64,000 nucleotides of DNA from Thermodesulfobacteriota bacterium (GCA_039715015.1 JBDLIE010000010.1:1-64000); one strand, 5' to 3'. Counted from the stretch's first letter, positions 9,981-18,278 are shown. The notes: generated by a model not told the origin, from the sequence alone. Program-made: numbers and translations.

Positions 9981-10378
9981 GTGGAAAGGGCCAATCGCAT
10001 GATACTCCCCTCTGCCTGCTGATGTTTGATATCGACTATTTTAAATACCTATGGCCACGAGGTGGCTGATTTTGTTCTCAGCGGGCCCGCCTTTCCAACA
10101 ACACCCTGCGCGACCAGGATGTTGTTGCCCGCTGGGGAGGCGAAGAGTTCATGGTCATCCTGCCGCACACCAAAGAGGCTGGCGGCCTGAAGATCGCCGA
10201 GCGCTTACGCGCTGCGATTGGCGGCTATGATTTTGTAGAGCCGAAACAGGTTACCTTAAGCATCGGGGTCACTGAGCGCCAGACTGGCGACAGCTGCGAT
10301 TCGCTGATCAACCGCCTTGATCTTGCCCTGTATGAGGCCAAGAGTGGCGGCCGAAACAGGGTGCAGGTCTCTCGATAA
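9981..10378 (+). pseudogene. Degraded GGDEF diguanylate cyclase
   Basis: Segments LCLLMFDIDYFK / TYGHEVADFVL / LRDQDVVARWGGEEFMVILP ... ALYEAKSGGRN are joined by frameshifts; the xVND stretch is deleted. Confidence 0.85.
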
Positions 10379-10398
10379 CCCCTGTTTGGCTATCCACC

Positions 10399-10436
10399 AA
10401 AAAAGACCTGCCGGACTTATCCAGGCAGGTCTTTTA
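10399..10436. terminator. Bidirectional intrinsic terminator
   Basis: AAAAGACCTGC...GCAGGTCTTTT hairpin between convergent genes. Confidence 0.7.
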
Positions 10437-10464
10437 TTACATGGTGCTTGCTGGAAAGGCTGCT

Positions 10465-11796
10465 CTAGTTCTCCTCAACCTCCAACTCGCCCTCTTCAAC
10501 ACTCATTGTTCCATCCAGATACCGAGCCTTGCGCCCTTTTCCCTTAAGGACATTATGGCCCATCTCTGCCCTAATGCCGGTGTTGCAGTAGAGGATAAGC
10601 TCCTTATGGGGATCTAACTCTGCCTGACGCTTACCAAGCTGATCAACAGGGATGTTGACAGCACCGGCAATGGCGCCTTTGGCAAACTCATCAGGGTTTC
10701 TCACATCAACCAGCTGCATTGAACCCGGGGTTTTGCCGGCAACCTTTTCAAACTCAGCCACGGCAATGGTACCGGGTTTTGGCCTGGGCACATAGGTGAT
10801 GGTGGTTTTGGCAGCCCCTGTAGCCACAGGGTTGCCGGCCTTCTTCCAGGCCTTAAAGTCCATGGGCAGAATGCGGACAGCTTTGTAGCCCCAGGACACG
10901 GCTTGACTGGCAGCATCTTTACTGTTTGGCCCATAAAAAATGATCGGCGCCTTTTTCCGTTCGGGGAATTTTTCCTTGCTGGCAGCAAGCTTAGCGTATT
11001 CAATGCCAACAGCCCCTTTGATATGACCCTTTTTCACCGTGGCTGCACTGCGCAGATCAATAAGGACATGGGGAATATCCTTGCCAATGGCCATCTTCAG
11101 CCAGGCCGGTACCACCGTGCCATATTCGTTTTTGCTCCAATCAGGAAAACCACCGGTATAGATGCGGACATTCTCATAACCAAGACTCTTGGTCTTCATG
11201 GAGGCGGTGGGACTCAGACAGCCGCCCACGCCGTAGAAAACAATGGGGGTGGACTTATCTTTTGGCAGTTTGCCGATGAATTTATCAAAGGCCGGTGCCG
11301 GCATCATTCCAGCGCCGGGGATATGGCCCATCTTATACTTCATGGGTGGCCGGACATCATAGACCTTAACCTTAGGGTCCTTCTGCAACATCTTAAAGGC
11401 AGCGCGGTTAAGTTTCTCATCGTCACTGATGGCGCGCATGATATCAAAGCGGATGATCTCGGTGGCAACCCTCTCGCCCCCCTGTTTCGTATAGTTGATC
11501 TGAAAACCCTTCTTCTTATAATTACGGATATCTTTGAAGTCTTGAACGTACTTGACCCTGGTCTTGTCCGTGAACTTAACCACCTCTTTATGGGTCATAA
11601 AATCCATCTGGATGGTTTTTGATTTAATGGCGATGTTCTCCAAAAAACCCATCATCACACCTGGTTCCGGCTCATGACACATGCCGCATAGTTTGGCCAT
11701 GGGCACCTTAGCTGCTGTTGGTCCCTGGGCAAATACGGCAGGGGCGCATACCATGGCGGCGGCCAGATATGCACTAAAAAATAGCGAGCTCCTCAT
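10465..11796 (-). CDS. Secreted multi-domain rhodanese (sulfurtransferase) with one c-type heme motif
   Basis: Signal peptide; CGMCH; three rhodanese repeats (GHIPGA, GHIKGA, GAIAGA); loops FYGVGGCLS, FYG (no Cys) and LYCNTGIRA. Confidence 0.85.
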   Translation of the reverse strand: MRSSLFFSAYLAAAMVCAPAVFAQGPTAAKVPMAKLCGMCHEPEPGVMMGFLENIAIKSKTIQMDFMTHKEVVKFTDKTRVKYVQDFKDIRNYKKKGFQINYTKQGGERVATEIIRFDIMRAISDDEKLNRAAFKMLQKDPKVKVYDVRPPMKYKMGHIPGAGMMPAPAFDKFIGKLPKDKSTPIVFYGVGGCLSPTASMKTKSLGYENVRIYTGGFPDWSKNEYGTVVPAWLKMAIGKDIPHVLIDLRSAATVKKGHIKGAVGIEYAKLAASKEKFPERKKAPIIFYGPNSKDAASQAVSWGYKAVRILPMDFKAWKKAGNPVATGAAKTTITYVPRPKPGTIAVAEFEKVAGKTPGSMQLVDVRNPDEFAKGAIAGAVNIPVDQLGKRQAELDPHKELILYCNTGIRAEMGHNVLKGKGRKARYLDGTMSVEEGELEVEEN

Positions 11797-12215
11797 TTGC
11801 TTCCTCCTCTTGAATGTTCAGGCAGTCCACCCAAAAGGGCACTGCCGGTGTTGTCACAAGGCGACGTCAAGTCGCAGGACATGCGCTGTTGTACCAAGGC
11901 CCTAGGGCCAAAACAGAGAGGGTAAAAACGAAATGTATATTGAAAAAAGAGGTGTGTATAAAATTTTGCAGCCGTAAGGAAGGTTGTTTCTCAAGGCCGT
12001 TGAATGCCTGAATACGACTTTTTTAGCCTAACAATGGCTTATATTTTTTGCAACACCAATATATCATAGTTCAGGCAACGTATCGGTATGCCAGTGGTTG
12101 TACAATTTTCTGCTTCTGTGTATTTTTATTTTGGCACCCATCCTTAAATCGGGCCCTCAAACAACCACGGCTGGAAAGGGGTTACATATGAAAAACAAAT
12201 CAACAAATTGCGAGC

Positions 12216-12902
12216 ATGATGATGTTTCCAGATAGAAAATTAGTTATCTGCGACCTGGACGGCACCTTGGTTGACAGTGTGCCAGATCTGGCCTTTTGCG
12301 TGGATGAGATGCTGGACCAAATCGACCTATCGCCTGCCGGAGAGGCAAAGGTACGGCAATGGGTGGGTAACGGCGTCGAGCGCCTGGTACAACGGGCCTT
12401 GCTCGGTGAGATGGAGGGTGAACCGGATGCAAATTTATTTAGCCGGGCCTTGCCAGTTTTTTTGGAGCTCTATGCCGACAATATCAGCCAGCGCAGCCGC
12501 CTTTTTCCAGGGGTGGAGCAGGGCCTTAACTGGTTGGCGGAGCGGAAAATAAATCTTGCCTGTGTAACTAATAAGGCGGAGCGTTATACCACTCCTCTTT
12601 TAAAAAATCTTGGGATATGCCATCGCTTCGGAATAGTGTTGAGCGGCGATAGTTTGAGCGAGAAAAAACCAAGCGGTCTGCCCCTGCTCCATGCAGCAAA
12701 GCATTTTGGCCTCCAGCCTGAAAATTGCCTGATGGTTGGCGATTCGATCAGCGATGTCAAGGCCGCCAGGGCAGCAGGCATTGCCGTTGTTTGCCTGAGC
12801 TACGGCTATAACCACGGCATGGATATCCGTACCGCCGAGCCGGACGCAGTGATCGATAGCCTGGCCGAGCTGCCTGCACTTCTTGCTGAAAATTTGAAAT
12901 AA
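12216..12902 (+). CDS. gph: Phosphoglycolate phosphatase (HAD)
   Basis: DLDGTLVDSVPDL, WVGNG, VTNK, KKP, MVGDS..D, YGYNHG. Confidence 0.9.
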   Translation: MMMFPDRKLVICDLDGTLVDSVPDLAFCVDEMLDQIDLSPAGEAKVRQWVGNGVERLVQRALLGEMEGEPDANLFSRALPVFLELYADNISQRSRLFPGVEQGLNWLAERKINLACVTNKAERYTTPLLKNLGICHRFGIVLSGDSLSEKKPSGLPLLHAAKHFGLQPENCLMVGDSISDVKAARAAGIAVVCLSYGYNHGMDIRTAEPDAVIDSLAELPALLAENLK

Positions 12903-12970
12903 AAAAAGGAGTTACCGGCTAAACCGATAACTCCTTTGAAAATACAAAAATGGTCGGGGCGAGAGGATTC
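12901..12970. repeat. att-like direct repeat, copy 1: last 20 nt of tRNA-Pro plus 50 nt of downstream hairpin
   Basis: 69/70 identical to 15787-15856. Confidence 0.92.
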
Positions 12971-13030
12971 CCTCTTTTCAGTACCCCCTTGAGGGGTAAC
13001 CCTCCGATCTCCTGTTCCCATCCACCGCCT

Positions 13031-14155
13031 TTACGCAGGTTGTCTTGAGGCGGCAATAAATTTTTTGAATATTAGAAAAAACACGACAGTGACAAAGATG
13101 ATGCTGAAAAAATTCACAGCACCGAGAAAGGCACTGGCAAAGTAGAGCTTGTAAACCATTGTACCCAAAACTTGGGTACCGACAAAGCCTCAGACCATCC
13201 CCCATTGAGCAGGAGAAAACTCGGCAGACAAAAACTCCTTTCGCAAATATTCCCTCAACCAGTATACCGCAAAAACAAACCACACCATTGCCCCTGTGTA
13301 AGAGAAGGTCATGGTCAGAAATGAGGCTGTAGACAGATCAACCCCATAACTCTTGCCGGTAAACATCATGAGCTTAAAAGAGCTGAAACCAAGCAGACAC
13401 ATGGGTGGTACGAATAAAAAATAGGCCGGCAGGATATTAACCGTGGGCCTCGCCGCCGATTTCACCTGTTGGTAAACAAGGACAGACATTTTAAAGGCAA
13501 AGACAACCAGCCCCAAAGCCAAAGTGATGGAAACCATAATTGCTGCAGTGCTGGAAATCAGATGATTTTCTGATGCGTTGACCAGGCTCGAACCAAACAA
13601 CGACACTGCTCCCAAGGCCAGCACATCAAGCAACCAGCCAAAATTCATGCTCGTATAATCAACCTGGTTTGTTAGAAAAACCTGGATAGTTTTTATTTCC
13701 AAGGCCAGCAAAGGCAGCCACAAAAGGCAAAACATCGTAAATGCCGGGGCCATCAGGGCCTGCATGTTTGCCGTTATCTGCGGCATAAAAAAGCTCAGCG
13801 GCCCAAAGAGGACAATCATGGTCATCGGCAAGGAGATGAGCGGTGAAAACAGCGATGCACAGGTCAAAGGGTTGTGCAGTATCTCTTTAAAAGAGCTGGG
13901 ACTGGCCAGCCACCTTATGAGCTGGTTACAAAAGATGGCCGTCAGGCTGAGATGAATAACAATAAAGCTCGCCATGACAGCAATCAGCAACCAGGCAATG
14001 GCGTACTCCACACTCGGGCCGGTCAAGAACGATAGGTCAGACAGGGAAATCTGTCCATCGCTTTTAAAAATATTAACCTTCAGAAAAATATAGGGCATCA
14101 GGGCAACACCGGCTGCTGCCAGTGTTCCTTGAAATTTCAAGGGCGTAAATTTCAT
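13031..14155 (-). CDS. Predicted selenoprotein, TDT/SLAC1-like membrane protein (374 aa, U322)
   Basis: TGA at 13190-13192 is followed by 52 in-frame hydrophobic codons to TAA; QWGMV-U-GFV aligns with QWGLI-C-PMV of the paralog; SECIS-like hairpin follows. Confidence 0.88.
13161..13189 (-). promoter_or_regulatory. SECIS-like hairpin
   Basis: UGA-N10-GUACCCAA GUU UUGGGUAC; perfect 8-bp stem, apical G at +19. Confidence 0.75.
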
Positions 14156-14181
14156 TTGGCGGTACCTCCTTGCATTGGGGT

Positions 14182-14488
14182 TTACGTTAAAACCTTATCA
14201 GCCTCCTTTGCTATTTCATACAAATCATCCATCCAACCTATGGAGCATGGCTTGATCCCTCCAGACCGTGGGATTTCATACACACGCCTCAGACGTAAAA
14301 ATCTCCCTCAAATTTGTTGACCTGCTCCATGACATCAAACTCTGCGCTGCCAACCTGGAAAAAGAGTACGCCTTTACCAAGCATGAAGACGCTGATGTCA
14401 TCCTCCTTTTTACGCCAACATTGGCCAGGCGCATGGCATTGAAGATCGACTCACCATCACTTGTGCTGATGATAATAAGCATATTCAT
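14182..14488 (-). pseudogene. DsrE-family selenoprotein (UxxC) broken by two 1-nt deletions
   Basis: Restored reading MNMLIIIST..NAMRLA..ISVFMLGKGV..FYV-U-GVCMKSHGL..PCSIGWMDDLYEIAKEADKVLT; TGA at 14289-14291; shifts at the runs 14407-14411 and 14257-14259. Confidence 0.8.
14255..14288 (-). promoter_or_regulatory. SECIS-like hairpin
   Basis: UGA-N14-AUCCCA CGGUC UGGAGGGAU; loop G at +22. Confidence 0.6.
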
Positions 14489-14506
14489 CGACTCTCCTCC
14501 CTGTTG

Positions 14507-14749
14507 TTAAATATTCTCTGAAAGAAACGTTTCCAGCTTTTCCTTATCCGTTGCCACGTCCAGCGCTATAAATTCACCGTTTAGGAGTACATTGGTTGCC
14601 CTCGCTTTGGCCTCCTCTGGATCCGTGGTCAGGATCTTTACTTCAAGGCTCTTGCCATATTTATCCTTCATCTCCTGGGCTGCATCCATAGCCCTCTTGC
14701 AGGTTACTCATGCCGGGTTGCCGATGTGAAAAACCGTTAATGTGACCAT
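14507..14749 (-). CDS. Predicted thioredoxin-like selenoprotein (80 aa, U14-V-T-C17)
   Basis: AGGAG RBS and ATG at 14749 give MVTLTVFHIGNPA-U-VTCKRAMDAAQEMKDKY...; TGA at 14708-14710 is in frame with the 60-aa ORF. Confidence 0.88.
14674..14707 (-). promoter_or_regulatory. SECIS-like hairpin
   Basis: UGA..CCU..GGGCU AUGGAUGC AGCCC AGG; loop GG at +21/22. Confidence 0.6.
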
Positions 14750-14759
14750 ACCTTCTCCT

Positions 14760-15206
14760 TTACGTGTTTTCTTTGGTGAGCTTTGCCAGCAGGAAAGCGG
14801 CGCCGCTTACTGAGATACCCAGGACTGCTGCAAGGTCCTGGGGGCTGGCATCCATGTTTGATTTCAGGAAGGATTGCACCTCTTCTTCAAGCTCGTCGAG
14901 CCAGCTTTCAAAGAGAATGAGAATGTCCGGGTCGGCAACGGCCATGAGCTGTTTTGACTGGGCAACCTTATGGACCAAACTCTGACACATGCTTGTTGGA
15001 TCGACACCTTCGTCCATGCATTCGGAAAGTCAGAGATTAACCATGCTTGAAACCTTATCGGCCCCGGCATCGCCAACCAGTGACACGACAAAATCAAGGC
15101 GGGCCTCGTCACTTATCTGCGAAAGCAGGCTGTTGGCAGCCTTGGCAATTGCCGCTAAGGCCTGCTCTGGCTCCATCCGAGCTATTACCTCTTCAAGTTC
15201 AACCAT
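14760..15206 (-). CDS. Predicted selenoprotein of unknown family (148 aa, U59-L-S-E-C63, HTH-like C-terminus)
   Basis: GGAGG RBS and ATG at 15206; 58 codons to TGA at 15030-15032, then in frame into the 85-aa ORF, which has no obvious RBS of its own. Confidence 0.8.
14989..15029 (-). promoter_or_regulatory. SECIS-like hairpin
   Basis: UGA-N13-UGGACGA AGGUG UCG(A)UCCA with outer AUGC/GCAU; loop G at +22. Confidence 0.65.
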
Positions 15207-15224
15207 TTTAAAAATCCTCCAGCG

Positions 15225-15539
15225 TCAAAAAGTCGTCCGGCACCGTAACAGATCTTCCCCCAACTCGTTTAGCTGTTCGAGTATGGTGAGGATACGGTCA
15301 TCGGTTAGCTCATAGTATACGAAAGGCCCTCGGCGCTCGACGCTTACCAGCAGAGACCTTTTCAGCTCTTTTAGATGGTGGGAGACAAGGGGCTGGGAAA
15401 GGTTGAGTTCCTCCACAATGGTGGAGACAGACTTCTTCTCTTTGACACTAAGCAGTATGCGCAACCTATTTTCATCGGCCAGGCATTTAGCCAAAAAAGC
15501 CTGGATATGCAGATTAACCCCATCTCTGTTTTTTGCCAT
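15225..15539 (-). CDS. ArsR/SmtB family transcriptional regulator
   Basis: LADENRLRIL, LSQPLVSHHLKELK, RRGPFVYYEL. Confidence 0.93.
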   Translation of the reverse strand: MAKNRDGVNLHIQAFLAKCLADENRLRILLSVKEKKSVSTIVEELNLSQPLVSHHLKELKRSLLVSVERRGPFVYYELTDDRILTILEQLNELGEDLLRCRTTF

Positions 15540-15606
15540 AATGACTTGTTTTTACATTTATTACTGAACCACTTTTCAGCGTGTTTCTAAAAAATTTCCT
15601 CGCCGC

Positions 15607-15640
15607 CATAACCACATAAATATCCATTTATATGGTTATG
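15607..15640. promoter_or_regulatory. Palindromic operator overlapping a TTGACA -35 element; probable ArsR site
   Basis: CATAACCACATAAAT-ATCC-ATTTATATGGTTATG (14/15 inverted); TTGACA on the minus strand at 15639-15644. Confidence 0.75.
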
Positions 15641-15786
15641 TCAACACACTTTCTTGTTGAGCCTAAAATGTTATGTTTGTCAGGAGGGATTTGGACTGAA
15701 GATACTTTGAGCTGCTACGAGGTAGCAGATTGAGCGATCAAAAAAGGGTTAAGCATTTTCGGTATAAAAAACTTTCATCAAAAACA

Positions 15787-15914
<128 letters not shown>

Positions 15915-16069
15915 ACTTCAATTGGGAAGAAAACCATGTATCATCCCCTGCCGGTCCAGTCAAGGAAAATATAGTTTGCTGCTTCCGGTGTCATGCTTCC
16001 TTTTTAGCTATTTTTACACCTGTAGTTTGTAAGTGGGGACAATTATTTTCTGTGGACATTCGACAGCTG

Positions 16070-16810
16070 CTATTTATTAACTACCATGGCCAGAGTCGCC
16101 ACCTCCACCGAGGCTGCCCCTGCCTTTTTCAAGGTCTTAGCACATTCATTCACCGTGGTGCCGGTGGTAAAGACGTCATCCACCAGGCAGATTTTTTTAC
16201 CCGCCACCGTCTCTGGTTTGGGTAAGGCAAAGGCGCCAACAACATTTTTGCGACGCTCATCACCCTTGAGACCGGTCTGAGGTTGGGTGGGGCGGCTGCG
16301 GATAAGGTAATTACCTATCTTTTCTTTTTGTTCCGGAAAGAGAACCTTGGCCAGCAACAACGATTGGTTGAAGCCGCGGCTTCGCAGCTTATCAAGGTGA
16401 AGAGGGACAGGAACGATGATATCCGGGGTGTTAAGTCCGTTTAGGGACGAGTTGCCGGCCAGTGTTGCCATGGTGCGCAGCCCTGTTTTTTTACCAGCAA
16501 ATTTGAGGCTGTGAATAAGGGTGCCAATCTCCTCATTATAACAAAAGACGGAGCGGGCCCGATCAAAGGCATATTTCTTCTCCAGACAAAGACCGCAGAT
16601 ATGGGAACCGCCGCCGCTTTTGGCATACATAACACCGCAGACCGGGCAATGGGGTGTTGTCATCGAATCTAATTTAGGCAGGCAGGTGGGGCAGATTTCT
16701 ATTTTGCCAGCCCAGGGAAGCGGGGTGGCACAACAGAGGCAATGGGGAGGGAAGCAGAGATCGGCCAGGGCTTGGAACCAGTTTTTCAGGGGCATAACCG
16801 TTGTTGGCAA
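16070..16810 (-). CDS. comF: ComF family protein (double zinc ribbon plus PRTase domain)
   Basis: CxxC pairs, VPVPLH, RGFNQS, LVDDVFTTGTT; start uncertain. Confidence 0.88.
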   Translation of the reverse strand: MPTTVMPLKNWFQALADLCFPPHCLCCATPLPWAGKIEICPTCLPKLDSMTTPHCPVCGVMYAKSGGGSHICGLCLEKKYAFDRARSVFCYNEEIGTLIHSLKFAGKKTGLRTMATLAGNSSLNGLNTPDIIVPVPLHLDKLRSRGFNQSLLLAKVLFPEQKEKIGNYLIRSRPTQPQTGLKGDERRKNVVGAFALPKPETVAGKKICLVDDVFTTGTTVNECAKTLKKAGAASVEVATLAMVVNK

Positions 16811-17091
16811 AATAGATTAAGAGCTGTATCTTAGATACTCTTTAGATCAACGTCATCCAAGTGGAAAAAGGGTGGCCCAATTACTCTCTTTAAAACCGTT
16901 TTCCATGAAATCAATTATTTTTCTCTTTATATCAGTCCTGGTAGGCATTGTTACCTTTGTGGTTATCCAAAAAAAATCAGAGGACGGCTGCATTCCCTGA
17001 CTGCTTATCTATGGTTCCCTCGGTGCGGGAGCAATCACCTACTACCTGCTGACCCTGTTCTTTTAACCTTCTAACACGCCAAACAACCATT

Positions 17092-18195
17092 ATGCTTGTC
17101 CAGTCAAAACCATATAGAACCATCTGGCCCCATCCCGACACCATTGGTGTGGTGCAGATCATTGACCAGCGCCTTCTTCCCCATCAGTTTGTCATTGTTG
17201 ATTTACTTAGTGTGGCAGACTTTGCCATGGCAATCAAGGACATGTACGTGCGCGGCGCCGGACTCATCGGCGCCACGGCCGGTTTTGGCATGTACGCCGC
17301 TGCCCTTCATAGCCGTGATGACCATTTTGACCAGGATATGCAGGGTTTTGCCGACACCCTGGTAGCCACCAGGCCCACGGCCAAAAACCTGGTCTGGGCT
17401 GTGGAACGGCAGCTTGCCGCCATTAAAGATCTGCCGACTCCTGCCGCAAAAAGGGAAAAAACATTTGAGGTGGCCTGCCAGATCGCTGATGAGGATGCCC
17501 AGTTCTGTAAACAGATCGGCGAGCATGGCGTCGAGATCATCCGCGAGATCAGCAAACGCAAAAACGGCGCACCGGTGAACATCCTCACCCATTGCAATGC
17601 CGGCTGGCTGGCCTTTGTTGATTACGGCTCTGCCACCGCCCCCATCTACGAGGCCCAGGCCCAGGGTATTGATGTCCATGTCTGGGTGGATGAGACCAGG
17701 CCCTGGCTCCAGGGAGCACGACTCACCACCTGGGAGCTCAAAGAGCAGGGCGTCTCCCATACCCTGATTGCTGATAATACCGGCGGCCATCTCATGCAGC
17801 ATGGCATGGTGGATCTTGTCATTGTCGGTACGGACCGCACCACCTATTGCGGTGATGTGGCTAATAAGATCGGTACCTATCTCAAGGCCCTGGCTGCCCA
17901 TGATAACGATGTGCCCTTTTATGTGGCCCTGCCCTCATCCACCTTTGACTGGCAGATCTGTGACGGTGTGGACGGCATTCCCATTGAGGAGCGCTCCGGC
18001 GATGAGGTTAACCTGGTGAGCGGCCAAAGCGAATCGGGCCTGACTACCGTGGCCATCACCCCGGCAGATACCAAGGCAGCCAACTATAGCTTTGATGTCA
18101 CCCCGGCCCGCCTGGTAAGCGGCCTTATCACCGAGCGTGGTATCACCAAGGCCGATAAGGAGAGTATTCTCGCTCTCTATCCAGAAAAGAAATAA
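17092..18195 (+). CDS. mtnA: S-methyl-5-thioribose-1-phosphate isomerase
   Basis: DQRLLP, VRGAGLIG, TRPTA, THCNAG, ETRP..QG, NKIGTY. Confidence 0.95.
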   Translation: MLVQSKPYRTIWPHPDTIGVVQIIDQRLLPHQFVIVDLLSVADFAMAIKDMYVRGAGLIGATAGFGMYAAALHSRDDHFDQDMQGFADTLVATRPTAKNLVWAVERQLAAIKDLPTPAAKREKTFEVACQIADEDAQFCKQIGEHGVEIIREISKRKNGAPVNILTHCNAGWLAFVDYGSATAPIYEAQAQGIDVHVWVDETRPWLQGARLTTWELKEQGVSHTLIADNTGGHLMQHGMVDLVIVGTDRTTYCGDVANKIGTYLKALAAHDNDVPFYVALPSSTFDWQICDGVDGIPIEERSGDEVNLVSGQSESGLTTVAITPADTKAANYSFDVTPARLVSGLITERGITKADKESILALYPEKK

Positions 18196-18203
18196 ACTCT
18201 AGG

Positions 18204-18269
18204 GGCCACGGAATCCACTGAAAAAATTAAACATAAATATTCAGTGTTTTTTCCGTGGATTCCGTGGCC
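18204..18269. repeat. 23-bp inverted repeat between convergent genes
   Basis: GGCCACGGAATCCAC(T/G)GAAAAAA, 22/23 match. Confidence 0.8.
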
Positions 18270-18278
18270 TAAAAAAAA

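Noticed and set aside
12070..12150. Sigma-54 promoter candidates (TGGCA motifs) between the rhodanese gene and gph
   Set aside because: GG-N10-GC spacing is not met
12951..12970. A second tRNA gene
   Set aside because: Only the 3' 20 nt are present; it is the att duplication
14276..14488. 70-aa ORF as listed in the track
   Set aside because: Only the first 27 or so residues are DsrE-like; the rest is off-frame after the first frameshift
15207..15227. The ArsR TGA stop is in frame with the next ATG, suggesting a fifth Sec or a fusion
   Set aside because: The ArsR domain is complete, the 18-nt spacer holds a GGAGG RBS, and I see no SECIS-like hairpin; in-frame spacing has a one-in-three chance
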